Shown here: one piece after another, positions 36,077-48,636 of the stretch | How positions within the stretch are numbered: position 1 is the stretch's first letter | How the letters are laid out: every line of letters starts with the position of its first letter | Origin: Heterodontus francisci | Lineage: Eukaryota | Assembly: GCF_036365525.1 (NCBI RefSeq) | Contig: NC_090377.1 | Location: forward strand, 90,139,126 to 90,203,125 | Length of the DNA: 64,000 bases | Direction: 5' to 3' | Notes under the pieces: model-generated | Told to the model about the DNA's origin: nothing | The model's input: the letters and a program-made list of their open reading frames with translations, nothing else | Database searches by the model: none | Program-made: the position numbers and the translations under genes

Positions 36077-36268
36077 GATAACAAAAACTGCATCAATACA
36101 GTTGATCTTGTCTATTGCTGCCATCCAATGACTGATAAGTGCCTGATTTCCTACTGGTAGAAGGGGCTTGGGGATGCCATAGAGATGCTTGAAAACTCCA
36201 CTGGTATCATTCTGTAGGTCACGATTGAATCTTGTACCATAGCCAGCAGCCAGAATAATAGCCTTCAT
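36077..36268 (-). CDS. Sugar-1-phosphate nucleotidyltransferase (NTP_transferase family) coding exon 1
   Basis: MKAIILAAGYGTR..PKPLLPVG signature; acceptor CCAACAG|G at 36296 gives 28 nt of UTR; donor ATC|GTATGT; spliced product 265 aa. Confidence 0.92.
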
Positions 36269-36921
36269 GATATCATTACTTTCTGTGCAGTATAGCCTGT
36301 TGGAGAAACATTTTTAGATAAAGCATAATCATTATGTGATGCTACCAATATATTAAACATTTATTACAGATTTTTCTTACTTAAAAGAAGTACTCCAGGG
36401 TTTTATGCTATATTGGTCTTATCGTATATATTGTAGTCCCATTTTACCTTCTGCCTACTTAATATAAAAATTTTCACTTGATTCGCTCTTGATTCACTGA
36501 CAGTTCAGCATTCAGCCATCAAACAACCTAATCGTGGAGTATCTTAAAATTAAAGGAAACATAAAGTTTGTATAGTTATTTTTAAAATAACCAAAAATCA
36601 GTCAGTAATTTGATTCTTAATAAATAGATGACATCCCTATACAAAACTGCTACATTAAAATAGCATGAGAATATTCTCCACGTTTTAAACAGGAAAATGT
36701 GTACACTTACTAAGATTTAGAAGGGTAGATTTTCACTTGATGAATTAAAAAAAAATCTAGTTTGTCAAAAGTAAAAGCAGTATTAAAATTTACAAAACAG
36801 GCTTAAACAAAAAGCACCAGTCACTTCAAATTAACATCAACAGGCACTTAAGTACTTCCTGATAGAATCTACAACCTAGTTATCTTTTGAAACTAAAATA
36901 TCACAATGCCTTTTAAGCTTT

Positions 36922-39900
36922 TGGGTGAGAAATGGGGCTCGGCAGCACCCAATTTTTGGGTGCTACGACTGCCATTTGGGATCAAAAATGGCATCTGCAG
37001 CGTACATGCCCACTTCTGACACCAAGTACGCCGGACGATCTTGATAAAAGGGTCAGCACACCACGTTAATGTCTGCTGAAAGTATGCAGAGCATGTAGAT
37101 CATAACGTTAGTCTGTGTAACGTTGATTTGATGCCCGTGCTGCCATTTTGGAGCTCCATGTTCCTGCCGATGCCTTCTCTTAAGCTTGCACAGTTGAACA
37201 CCTGTTGAGCAGCAAGTCGGACACCCCACCATTGCTATTTAAAGGGATCATCAAATACTTATAGTTTAGTTGTTGGCTGATTTTTTTCTGGCTATTACTA
37301 CAATTCTACATATTTTTGGTGATGTCCATAGTTTTTTCAAGTTTCAAAAGTCTACAAGGAGTGCTGTGGCAGGTGCTGAAGAACTTTTTGCTGACTTCAA
37401 AGTTTCTGCACAAACCAGTTGCTCCCAGACATTGGTACACCATTAGCACTAGCCTATGTCTTGGAATAGAGCATAACAAGCTGCCAGAAAAGATGATGAG
37501 GAGGAGGGGGAGAAGGGATCTCAGCAGGGCGCCATAACTACAAAGGTATTCAGGCAGCAATTTTTCTACCTGAACCGCAGCAACGACCAACCTTTGAGAT
37601 ATCTGCACTTCACTAAAGAGGTCGTCACTGAAAATGGCCAACTGCTGCAGCCACAACACCAACCTCAGGAGGACGAGGACTGCATTGCCAGTGGCTGTGC
37701 AGGTAATCATGGCTATTAACTTTTTTTAATGCGTCTGGCTCCTTCAGGTTGATGCTGGATATATAAGCAACTTCTCATGGTCTGCATAAAAATCACTGAA
37801 GCTGCCTATTCAAAGAGAGAGAATTTCATTTCAATCCCTCATGTCAGCCAGAAGCAGGCAGAGCGAGCATGAAGGTTTGCAGGCTTCCCCATGGTACAGG
37901 GTGCCATTGGTTGCATATACATTGCTTTGCCAAATCTGCCACATACCAGAATGAAAAGGGGTTCCACTCTCTGTCCATCTGGTGTGTGACCATAGGTGGC
38001 ACATCATGCAGGTCCATGTCCAGCATCCTGACGGCAGTCATGATGCCTTCAATCTGAGGCAGACCGCTCTACCAGCTGCATTTCAACCACCATGACAAAC
38101 CTAAATGTGGTTACAGGGCGGCAAGGGCTATCTGCTGATGACATGGAGCATGCCTCCAGTTCACAACTCTTGCACATGTACACATCATTCATACAATAAA
38201 AATCATGCTGTCACAGGAAATGTGATTGAGCAGACCATTGGCATGTTGAAGTAACAATTCCACTACCTGGATCACTCTGGAGACCACTGCAGTACTCAGC
38301 TGAGTGGGTCTCAAGATTCATGGTGGTCTGCTAAACAGGATCTGGCTGTACGTAAAAAACTAATTCAAGTGCGATACCAGTAACCTCAACCCCAATTCTA
38401 CATGCACCAATATTCCCATACTCCTTACTTTTCCCTCTGTGACTGATCATTACATCATCCTCTTGACCACAATTCTAAAATAAGTCAACTCAATATAAAC
38501 ATTCCAATCCAAATTATTTAGAAATGAAACCATGCCATATTTCATACAAACCTAACCAGTCTTGTGCACTCCCTTAATGCCTGTCTTCTGCCTTTGTTAT
38601 TCTAGTGCTCCTATGAAGTGCTACCCCAGTGGCTGCAGCATAGCTGGTGGAAGGCTGCTGACTTTCAGTGGAGGAGACTGCAGATGGGCATGGAGGATGA
38701 CCTCGAACAGCTTTGGGCCTAGCTTCAGAATGCACCATCTCAGCATGGGCGGCAACAGTCTGGCTTGGCTAGCTGAGGAAATAGTAAGGGCAAGAATAGT
38801 ATGTTAGGGGTGGGAGCACAAGTGTTGTCATCCTGAGAGAGGACTACAGGTTTGTTGTCCATGGAGCCACTGCCACTCTCCTCCCTGGGCAGCACCTCAG
38901 AAAGCCAGTAATCTGTTGGATGACAGACTGCTGGACTGCTATGACACCCTGCAAGCTCCTATGAACACTGATATCCACAGCCATGATGGCAGCAGTCTAC
39001 AATGGAAGCTGAGACATTGGCCATCAGAGACTACATCATGGTTAGGTCCACAAATGTGTTGATGGAGTTGGCCACCAGTTGGAAAGGATGGGCTTGAAGC
39101 TCTGTACCACGTTGATGCCAGACCCTTCCATGCTTCTTGACATTGACCACAGGCTTCCCAATGTACTAAGCATTTTATTTTGTACTCCCATCAGTCTTCT
39201 GCAACCTCGCCTATTAAAGTCCTCATCTGACTCCTCTGCAGCAGAATTCGTGTGCGACACCTGTGCTATCCTTGCCTCCTGTCCTGGTTGCAGTGCACTT
39301 GTCCCCAGTGTTTCAGCATATGCAGATATTCAGTATCATTATCTGACCTGGTGACTGTGAGTGTGAAATCAAGTGACGGTGTGTCTTCATCATCACAGTT
39401 GTTATGGCCACGTGGTGTGACGTGGGTGGTTCCCATTGTACAACACCCAACTTGACTGCAGCAAGTGTATTTGTATTACGGGTTTAGCCGCCTTGTGTTT
39501 TATTTTTCAAATAAACAGAGGTTTTTAAAAACAGAAAGTCAATTGTTTATTGATGAATACGTCTTATCCTGAAATTGTTACAACCTCATTCACTCACGCA
39601 TTTGTTCGCTCACCCGCGTGCGCAAACGCACATGTGTGAAACAGATAGAGGAGGGTGAGAGGCAGGTGGGTTTTTGTGGGGAGAAGGGTTATGATAAATC
39701 TGTTTAATTCTCTTGAGACTCAAAGTCCAGATAGTTGCAGGCCTGTGGTGATTGTAGATTTCTCTGATTGAAGGTTCTGTTGAAGTTGGTGGGTTACTTC
39801 TAGCTGTCTCTCTGCTGTCTGGTGTAGATGTCAGATTTTTTTCTGCAGGGTATGTGCTTTCTGGAATGCCAGCAGTTACAAGTAGCTTCACCTTTAAAGG

Positions 39901-40450
39901 TAGAACTATCACTTCTCACCTCCTGTTAGGAGACAGTCTGGTTTTTCTCCCATGGTGATCACACAGTGGCCCAGGACATGGCTACTTCAGACCTCCTTTG
40001 TTTTAGAGGAAGAGATTCAATTCTGGAATGTTTGTACAAAGGTGTGAGATGGGTTTAATTATCACCTTTTGGCTTTGAAGATTTGTTCATTGTCTTTGTC
40101 AGACTATTTTAATATACAAAAGGTTAATCCCATTCTCTTTGGTGGCCATTTTGGACCACTGTTCACTTTTTAAAAATAAAGATTAAATTTTGAAGACAAA
40201 GTCCGTTTTTTCATAACTGTTCAGAGTCCTCATGGATGTTGTATTACCGCACCTCCGATGTGCGTGACACACTCTTCTTGGTCTTTCACCACTGTCTGGC
40301 CAGGGTGCAGTTCTTGGGTATCTGAAAGGAAAAAGGAGCAAAGCTAGGATGTGGTGTATGCTTACACTATCTTTGGCTTGTCAGTCAGAAGAGAATAGAG
40401 GTTGAAGCGGAAGTAGGATGTGAGAAGGAAGATTAGGTACGAGGATACCG
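36922..40450 (+). mobile_element. Degenerate PIF/Harbinger transposon; transposase relic at about 37430-38330 (+)
   Basis: Frameshifted motifs FTKEVVTE, LPVAV, FP.VQGAI, EKGFHSL, VCDH, SHDAF, VIEQTIGMLK, LQYSAE; right boundary uncertain. Confidence 0.75.
39400..40269 (-). mobile_element. Solo LTR (870 bp) inserted in the Harbinger relic
   Basis: TGTTATGG...CGTGACA termini like the LTR at 1333; flanks CAGT/CACT (TSD with one mismatch). Confidence 0.65.
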
Positions 40451-40739
40451 TCATCTTCAATCGAGAACAGGGAAAAATTGCCTGTAAACAGCAAGAGAAA
40501 AATAGCAGGGAATTGAGCGTCCAGCTAGTACATGCCAGAACCTGACAGCGAAGATGTTGGATGGCAGCGGCTGTCTGTTACTGTGCAGCCACTAACTGAC
40601 TATCCAGGGACGGTCTATTCAACGACTGTCGGCAGGAAAGAAGTTGACGATGTTCACTCGAAGTCAATGATTCGTGTCTCCAGCTCCGTAGACAATTTCA
40701 ACGCCATTTGACGCTGATCACCGAGGTGTACTGACTTCA

Positions 40740-40975
40740 AAACAGAGTATTACCTTCGAGTCCCGACTCACCGATCCACATCAACACAGGAACACTTCAC
40801 TCCCTTCCCTGCCCTGGCCCTGAGAAACCGGAACCGGAATCCCCCCTCCGGCCCCAGAGACTCACGGTCCAGCATCGCGTTGTCATGGAGACGGCGTCCA
40901 GTCTCCGCGGGCCTCGTGAGTAACGGACAAAAAAAGCGAGATCAGGTGCGGCCGTGAAACCATCGGTTTCTTCAG
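40740..40975. promoter_or_regulatory. CpG-rich bidirectional promoter for the nucleotidyltransferase (-) and ANKAR (+)
   Basis: CpG cluster, tandem CCGGAA ETS sites at about 40828-40839, GTGAGT donors on both strands (minus at 40865 and about 40771; plus at 40916). Confidence 0.7.
40879..40892. promoter_or_regulatory. RFX X-box GTTGTCATGGAGAC
   Basis: 14-bp near-palindrome (GTCTCC-AT-GACAAC on minus) fitting the X-box consensus of ciliary gene promoters. Confidence 0.7.
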
Positions 40976-40977
40976 CT

Positions 40978-41458
40978 CGGGAGACAGTTTATTAACCTCA
41001 CGGTAACTTTATCAATACCGGAGACAGTCACTGTAACGTTACCAATGCGAGAGACAGTTGTTCGACCTCATTATAACCTTACGAATAGTAGAGACAGTTT
41101 ACCGACCCCACTTTAACTTTACCAACATTGGAAATAGTTTCCTGACCGCCCTGTAACTTTGCCAAGTTTACAGTTTACCAACCTCACTCTAAATTCATCA
41201 ACTTTAGAGACATTTTACCGAGCACACTGCGACGTTACCAACTTTAGAGACAGTGTATCGACCTCAATGTGATCTTACCAATACTAGTAACAGTTTACCA
41301 ACTTCACTGCAACTTAACGAAGTTTAGAGACAGTTTACCAACTTCGCTGTGACTTGAATAGCTTTAGAGGGAGTTTACCAAACACACTGTAACCTTACCA
41401 ATATCAGACACAGTTTACCGACCTGTCACAAAGTTTAGAGAAAGTTTCCCGACCTTAC
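40978..41458 (+). repeat. 40-bp minisatellite, block 1
   Basis: Diverged units of GAGACAGTTTACCAACCTCACTGTAACTTTACCAATACTA. Confidence 0.9.
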
Positions 41459-42965
41459 GTAGAAACATAGAAATATGGAAGAGTAGGAGTAGGCTATTCG
41501 GCCCTTCGAGTCTGCACCGCCATTCAATACGATCATGGCTGTCATCCAAACTCAGTACCCTGTTCCCGCTTTCTCCCCGTATCCCTTGGTCCCTTTAGCC
41601 CTAAGAACGATATCTAACTCTTTCTTGAATATATTTAATGATTGGCCTCAACTGCTTTCTGTGGAAGAGAATTCCACAGGTTCACCACTCTCTGGGTGAA
41701 GAAATCCTTCCTCATCTCAGCCCTAAATGGCTTACCCCTTATCCTTAGACTGTGACCCCTGGTCCTGGACTCCTCTGCCATCGGGAACATCCTTCCTGCA
41801 TCTAGTTTGTCCAGTCCTGTTAGAATTTTGTAGGTTTCTATGAGATCCCCTCTCATTCATCTAAACTCTAGCGAATACAAGCCTAATTGACTCAATCTCT
41901 CTTCGTACGTCAGTCCTGCCATCCCAGGAATCAGTCTGGTGAACCTTTGCTGCACTCCCTCCATTACAAGAACATCCTCAGATAAGGAGACCAAAACTGC
42001 ACACAATACACTAGATGTGGTCTCACACTTGTATAACTGCAGCAAGACATCCTTGCTCCTGTGCTCAAATCCTCTCACTATGAAGGCCAACATACCATTT
42101 GCCTTCTTAACTGCCTGCTGCACCTGCATGCTTACTTTCCGCGACTGGTGCACAAGGACACCCATGTCTCACTGCACCTCCCTCTTTCCCAATCTATCAC
42201 CGTTCAGATAATAATCTGCCTTCCTGTTTTTGCCACCAAAGTGGATAATCTCACATTTATCCTCATTATACTGCATCTGCCATGTTTTTGCCCAGTCACT
42301 CAACCTGTCCAAATCACACTGGAGCTTCTCTGCATCCTTCTCACAGCTCTCACTCCCACCCAGTTTTGTGTCGTCTGCAAACTTGGATATATTACATTTA
42401 ATTCCCTCATCTATATCATTAATATATATTGTGAATATTGATACTTTATTATTATAAGAAAATTATAATACTGCTCCCTGCGGTACCCCATGAGTCACTG
42501 CCTGCCACTCAGAAAAAGACCTGTTTATTCCTACTCTTTATTTCCTGTCTGCCAACCAGTTCTCTATCCATGTCAGTGCCTTACCCCCAATCCCATGTGC
42601 TTTAATTTTGCACGCTAATCTCTTATGTGGGACCTTATCGAAAGCCTTCTAAAAGTCCAAATACACCACATCACTGGTTTTCCCTTATCTATTCTACTAG
42701 TTACATCCTCAAAAAAGTCCAGTAGATTTGTCCAGCATGATTTCCCTTTTATAAATCCATGTTGACTTTGTCCGATCCTGTCATTGTTTTCCAAGTGCTC
42801 TGCTATTACATCTTTTATAGTGGACTCTAGCATTTTCCCCACTACTGATGTTAGGCTAACCAGTCTATAATTCCCTGTTTTCTCTCTACCTCCTTTTTTA
42901 AATAGTGGGGTTACATTAGCTACCCTCCGATCCATTGGAAATGTTCCAGAGTCTATAGAATTTTG
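41459..42965 (-). mobile_element. CR1/HER1 LINE 3' 1.5 kb
   Basis: ANVTPLFKKG..NYRLVSLTS, SQHGFIKGKSC, KFADDTK, RGDLIETYK, RVVNLWNSLP; TTTCTATG-type tail at 41460. Confidence 0.9.
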
Positions 42966-42979
42966 AATTCTACTATTTC

Positions 42980-43678
42980 TTACTGTGACTTTACCAACAT
43001 TAGAGACAGTTTACCAACATCACTGTGACTTTACCAATACTAGAAACAGTTTACTGACCACCCTGTAACTTCAACAAGTTTACCAATGGTTTACTGACCT
43101 CACTATAACTTAACCAGCTTTAGAGACAGTTTCCCAACTTCACTGTGACTTTACCAATGCTAGTGACAATTTACCAACCTTAATGTAACTTTTCCAACTT
43201 TAGAGACAGTTTACTGACCTTACTGTGAGTTTACCAAGATGGAGACAGTTTACCCATCTCACTGTAACTTTACGAAGTTTGGAGATAGCTTCCTGACCTC
43301 ACTGTGACCTTACCAACATTAGAGACAGTTTACCAACATCACTAACTTTACCAATACGAGAGACAGTTTACTGACCTCACTTTAACTTTACCAACATTGT
43401 AAATAGTTTACTGACAGCCTGTAACTTTACCAACTTTAGAGACAGTTTACCAAACCCACTGAAACTTTACCAATACTAGTAACAATTTACTAACCTCACT
43501 GTAACTTTAACAGTACTAGAGACAATTTACCAACATCATTGTGACTTTACCAATACTAGTGACTGTTTACCAACTGCTCTGTAACTTTACCAGTTTTCGA
43601 GACAGTTTACTGACCTCACTGTGACTTTATCAAGTTTATAGACAGTTTAGTGACCTCACTGTGACTTTACCAATACCA
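42980..43678 (+). repeat. 40-bp minisatellite, block 2 (remnant also at about 44300-44355)
   Basis: Same unit as 40978-41458. Confidence 0.9.
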
Positions 43679-44300
43679 AGACTGGGAACTGAACATTCAA
43701 GGATATTCTTCATTTCGGAAGGATAGGCAAAAAGGAAAAGGAGGTGGGGTAACACTCTTAATAAGGGACGAGATCAGTACATTAGTGAGAGAGGATCTTA
43801 GATCAAAGGATCAAGATGTAGAATCAGTTTGGGTGGAGCTAAGAAACAGCAAGAGGCAGCAAGCATTGGTGGGAGTTGTTTATAGGCCACCAAACAGTAG
43901 TGGTAGTGTTGGACACAGTATAAATCAGGAAATTAGAGGTGCATGAAACATGGGTAATACAGTAGTAATGGGGATGTCAATTTACATATAGACTGGGTAA
44001 ATCTAATCACTAATGCTATGGAGGATGAGTTCCTGGAGTATGTAGGAGATGTGTTTCTGGAGCAGTACATTGAAGAACCAATTGGGGATCGGGCTATTTT
44101 AGATTTAGTATTATGTAAGGATAAAGGGATAATTAACAACCTTGCTGTAAAGGAGCCTTTGGGAAATAGTGACCATAATATGATAGAATTTTACATTAAG
44201 TTTGAAAGTGATATCGTTCATTCTGAAACTAGGGTCTTAAATCTAAACAAAGGCAACTGTGAAGATCTGAGGGGCAAGTTGGCTATGCTGGATTGGGAAA
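43679..44300 (+). mobile_element. CR1 APE-endonuclease region fragment
   Basis: RKDRQKGKGGGV, VYRPP, ILDLVLC, LGNSDHNMIEF motifs. Confidence 0.85.
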
Positions 44301-44379
44301 ATACTAACTTCACTGTGACTTTACAAAGTTTACAGTCAGTTTATCAACTTCACAAATCTTTAAAGCTGGCATGACTGGT

Positions 44380-45010
44380 TAACAAAGCAGTTAATAAAGC
44401 ATATGAAATCCTTGGCTTTATAAATAGAGGATAAAAGCCAGGAAATTATGCTTAACCTATATAAAACATTAGTTTAGCCCCATCTGGAGTATTGTGTCCA
44501 ATTGTGGGCACCACATGTTAAGAAGAATGTGATGACTTTAGAGAGTTTATAGAAGAGATTTATTAGAAAGGTTCCAGGGATGAGCGATTACAGTAACATG
44601 GATAGACTGGAGAAACTGGGGTTGTTCGCCTTAGAGGAGAGAAGGCTAAGAGGAGACTTGATAATCATGTAGAGTTTACATAGCATAAAGGGGAGCTGTT
44701 TCTAGTGGCTGAAGGATCGATGACCAGAGGGCACAAATTAAAGGTGATTATCAAAAGAACTAGACACGACATGAGGAAAAACTTTTTTACACAACGAGTG
44801 TTTAGGATTTGGAATGCACTGCCTGATAGGGTGGTGAATGCAGATTCAATAGTAGCCTTCAAAAGGGAAATGGCTAAATACTTGAAGGAGAAAAAATTTC
44901 AAATATGGGGAAAGCGCAGGGGAGTGGGACTAACTGGATTGCTCTTCAAAAGTGCTGACACAGACTCAACAGGTCGAATGGTCTCCTTCTGTGCTGTACT
45001 ATTCTATGAC
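44380..45010 (+). mobile_element. CR1 LINE 3' fragment
   Basis: LEYCVQLWAP, MTRGHKLKV, FFTQRVFRIWNALP motifs. Confidence 0.8.
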
Positions 45011-46037
45011 AATACATTCTAAGACTTTGAAGAGGAAATGGAGGTTGATAATGGGGCAGTTATTTGCCAGGATGGAAGGATCAAGGTTTTTATGAGGAGT
45101 GTATGAGGATAGCAGAATTGAAAGGAAGGAGGATAGTCCTAGGGGAGAAGGAACCATTTACAATATTAGCTAACATGGGGGCCAGGAAGGGTAGTTGGGT
45201 AGTCAGCAGTGTATTGGAATAAGGTTAAGAGAGTAAGTAGGAGGAGGGTCTCATGGATAAGGTGATCTCAGAAAGAGCCTGGAGTACATGGGAGAGAATC
45301 CAGAGAATGATGTAAGTTCAGCGCTCAGGCAGGGGAATCTTGGGAAAACCATGGCTGAAAGGGAAAAGAGAAGGGAGGGTGCAGCAGAGGCAGCTGAATG
45401 AATGCTGTCAGTCTTAATGACATCTTTGTTGATAAGAGCTTCACATGCTTGTTGGAGGTAAGGATGTAAGGGGCAGGGTAGAATGGTGGAGGGAGACAGT
45501 TGGTAGTGGGGAAAAGACACTGGGGGCTATCTTTGCACTCCAGGATGATTGTGGAGTAGTGAACAGTTTAGCAAAGGAGAGTAGGGTCTGATAATGCTTG
45601 ATATAGTCCAGCCAGATCTGTTAATGAATGGCTAAACCAGTTGTGCACCGTAAACATTCAAGGCTGCACCATTTGGACTTAATGGAGTGAACGTGGTGGT
45701 CATACCAGAAGAAATGAACAGGAAAAAATACAAATAAACCTACCAATCTTCATTGATAAATAAACCTTTTAAATTTGTATCTTTTTTGTTCACAAAGGCC
45801 TATTACAATTTATTATCATAAATAACAACATCATTGGTTTCAGAAATGTGCAGACCTCATTATAGACAGAGACTATAGATTAATTATAAGAAAATAAAAT
45901 GTTTTTTCTACCAATGCACTAAAACTGGACTGATACTTCGTAGGAGGAAGTTGGCAGAAAGTGAAGACTTGCCAATCTGGATTCCTCTGGAAACTAAAAC
46001 AGGGCAATTAGAATAGTGAAAGGCCTGTTTGGCTGCT

Positions 46038-46566
46038 ATGGCATTGAAAATGAGTGCAAGTGCTGTCCTTGGCAAATACAACTTGAGTGATCTACAGGAA
46101 TTGCTCACCACCGCCTCCTGCAGCTGGCTACAGTCCACTGACGAGTTTCACTTTCCAGTAGAGTACCCCAAAGGACTCACAAACCAAATGAAAGACTTCA
46201 GCTATCCCAATGCTGTAATTCTAGTTCCAGTGGTACCAGATGCTCCTTTGAATTATAAAGAAGTCCAACAAATTCTAAGAGAATTGGTGATGGGTATTTA
46301 TATTCTGAACCAAGTTCCAATTATTTATTTAGATGGCAACTATGATTGCAGTACCACATGTCTTCTGTCACCAGCTTATCATGACACTCGAATTGGGCAG
46401 ATTTTGATAAACGTGGACTACAATATGAAAGCACTTTGGCATGGAGCCTACATGCCAACAGAAAAAAGAAAGCGATTTTCAGAAGTGTGGCGCTCCAATC
46501 TGGCTGTAGATGTCAATGGAAGTCCAAAAGCAAAAGAAGATATACTTTCTGAATTTCTTAAAGCAG
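46038..46566 (+). CDS. ANKAR: ANKAR first coding exon
   Basis: QELLTTA..QILREL..PAYHDTRIGQILINVDY..KALWHG matches the recalled ANKAR N-terminus; order ASNSD1-ANKAR as in human; donor G|GTGAAG; start codon inferred. Confidence 0.9.
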
Positions 46567-46863
46567 GTGAAGTTCTATGAAACATTACACTTGTTAAACA
46601 AATTTATTTTTGTCAAGCAACACTAGATTATCTGTAGCAGGTAAACATGGAAATATTAACTGCTATTGATACCTTTGAAGAGTAGATACAATAGTTGTGC
46701 AGTGTTGTAATTTGGAAATATAGAGGTACTTTGTGACATAGTTGGACACAAGCTCAGATTCAGCCTAGACTGATGGTTTCCACTTGTCTGCTAGCTGCAT
46801 GGATGCTATATGAAGTGAGTTTGGGCTTGTCAACCCAGAATCCACACAAAAAATAGCATCAAA

Positions 46864-47480
46864 GGCAGGATTTTCCTGTGGGCTTCAGGACCCCACCATC
46901 AGGCTCAAATGGGGGTCAGAAGCCTACACTGTGTGGGAAACAGTCACTCATCTATAATTTTCCCCGAATTGGCCAATTAATGACAGAGGGCAGACTCACT
47001 ATCCAATTAAGGACAGTGGGTGGGCTCTCAAAGCTGCAGGACCAATAGGAGGCCCTTCAGCTTGAAAATAGTGGCAGGATGCAGGTATGTGAGAGAGAGG
47101 GCACCCCAAAATAGAGATGTCCTTTCAAATTTAAAATTAAAAAAAGGCCTTTGCATCCAGGCCACCATTATGGGCTGGGGGGGTGGGGTTGGTGGGGAGC
47201 CCCAAGGCAGGGCAGCCTGCGACTGCTACTGAACCCAGGCAGGCAAAAAGGGCCTCTAAGGTCTGCAGCTGGGCGACCACCCCGAGGCAGCTGTACTTCC
47301 CCCACCACCCCCCCACCAACCCCCTCTCTACCTGCAGGGACATGGAGGCTGTCTGGAAAATCCCAGTCGGCCTCCAACAACAGGCCTCAATAAACTTTAA
47401 TTGGTTCAGTTGACTAGCTGCCGCTTGTGACCCCCACCCACCCCCCCCCCCCACCCCTTCCCCTGCAGTGGCCAAATTAC
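46864..47480. mobile_element. GC-rich MITE-like element
   Basis: GGCAGGATTTTCC start and GGAAAATCCCAG inverted motif; composition like the other MITEs. Confidence 0.5.
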
Positions 47481-47570
47481 CTTATTGTATTGCAATTTCT
47501 ATGAGTTCTATGGTCCTAATTATTAATGTAAATTATATTTCTAATAAAGAATTTATTCCTTGTAATATAG

Positions 47571-48008
47571 GTCTTGTAGATATTTCAACAGATCCCGACT
47601 TTGAAGGAATCTATAGTGCTGATGTATACCTTGATCCAACATATGATCCCAACAGTTGTATGGCAATGCAGTTATTTATGCAACATGTGAACAACATTTT
47701 ACTGCAAATCAACCCTCACATCACCTGTGTTAAACAGCATCAAAATTTGTTCATGTATGATGCAGCTTACACCCTTAGTAATGCTGTAAGACTTACAGAA
47801 GAAGAAATTGATCTAGTGACCTACCAGAAACTACAGCAGAGGCTGATTCTCCAGCAGAAACTTATTGAGAAGTATCTGGCGAGGAAAGCAGAGGTCCACA
47901 CAAACATCACGTACCTCAAGCTAATTGCTTTCCTAATACCTTTTCTTATTGCGCTGAAGGGGAAGAGGAAAGTTCCAGATCTGAGCAGGCTCCTACCTCC
48001 ATTTTCTG
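47571..48008 (+). CDS. ANKAR: ANKAR coding exon 2
   Basis: ATATAG|GT acceptor, G|GTAAAG donor, 438 nt phase 1-1; LVDISTDPDFEGIY..YLKLIAFLIPFL. Confidence 0.92.
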
Positions 48009-48599
48009 GTAAAGGTTATAATTAATAACAGCTTGTTTGATAACTTCTGCAAACTAATATATAACATTAGACATAGGAGTGCCTCTTTTAAGAAGTAGAA
48101 AATTAAAACATATGTTTTTTTTAATTCATTCGTGGGATGTAGGCATCGCTGTTTAAGCCAGCATTTATTGTCCATCCCAAGTTGCCCTTGAACTGAGTGC
48201 CTTGCTCAGCTATTTCAGAGGGCATTTATGAGTCAACCACATTGCTCTGGGTCTGGAGTCGCATGTAGGCCAGACCAGGTAAGGATGGCAGTCATCCTTC
48301 CTGAAAGGAATCAGATGGGTTTCTACAACAATCCTTTTTAATGTACTTTTACAGTGCGTTTTTGTTCCTAAATCATTTGTAGGACTAGAATAAAGGGAAA
48401 GCGCTCAATTAACATGAACATTAAAAGATAAAATTGCCAAAACACTCCAGATTATTGATTATAGTAATTCATTTTTGAGTCAACTTTAACCTCTTAGTTG
48501 TCCCAGAGTCCCTTCTAAATTGTGTACCTCTTTTCTGTTAGAAATTGGTAGAGGGACTTTATAGCCAGGTCAACAAAAGGTGTGTGGTGAGAGAAACAA

Positions 48600-48636
48600 A
48601 GTTAACATTTCAGGTTGATGACCCTTCATCAGAACT
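48600..48636 (-). ncRNA. Minimal hammerhead ribozyme motif, intact core
   Basis: Reverse strand AGTT-CTGATGA-AGGGTCATCAACCT-GAAATGTT-AACT; followed on the plus strand by an inverted degenerate copy (48638-48666). Confidence 0.65.

Noticed and set aside
40978-43678. Regularly spaced repeats suggestive of a CRISPR array
   Set aside because: No unique spacers, units are contiguous and diverged, eukaryotic context, no cas genes.
47468-47570. N-terminal part of the 185-aa ORF before ANKAR coding exon 2
   Set aside because: Intronic read-through upstream of the acceptor at 47570.
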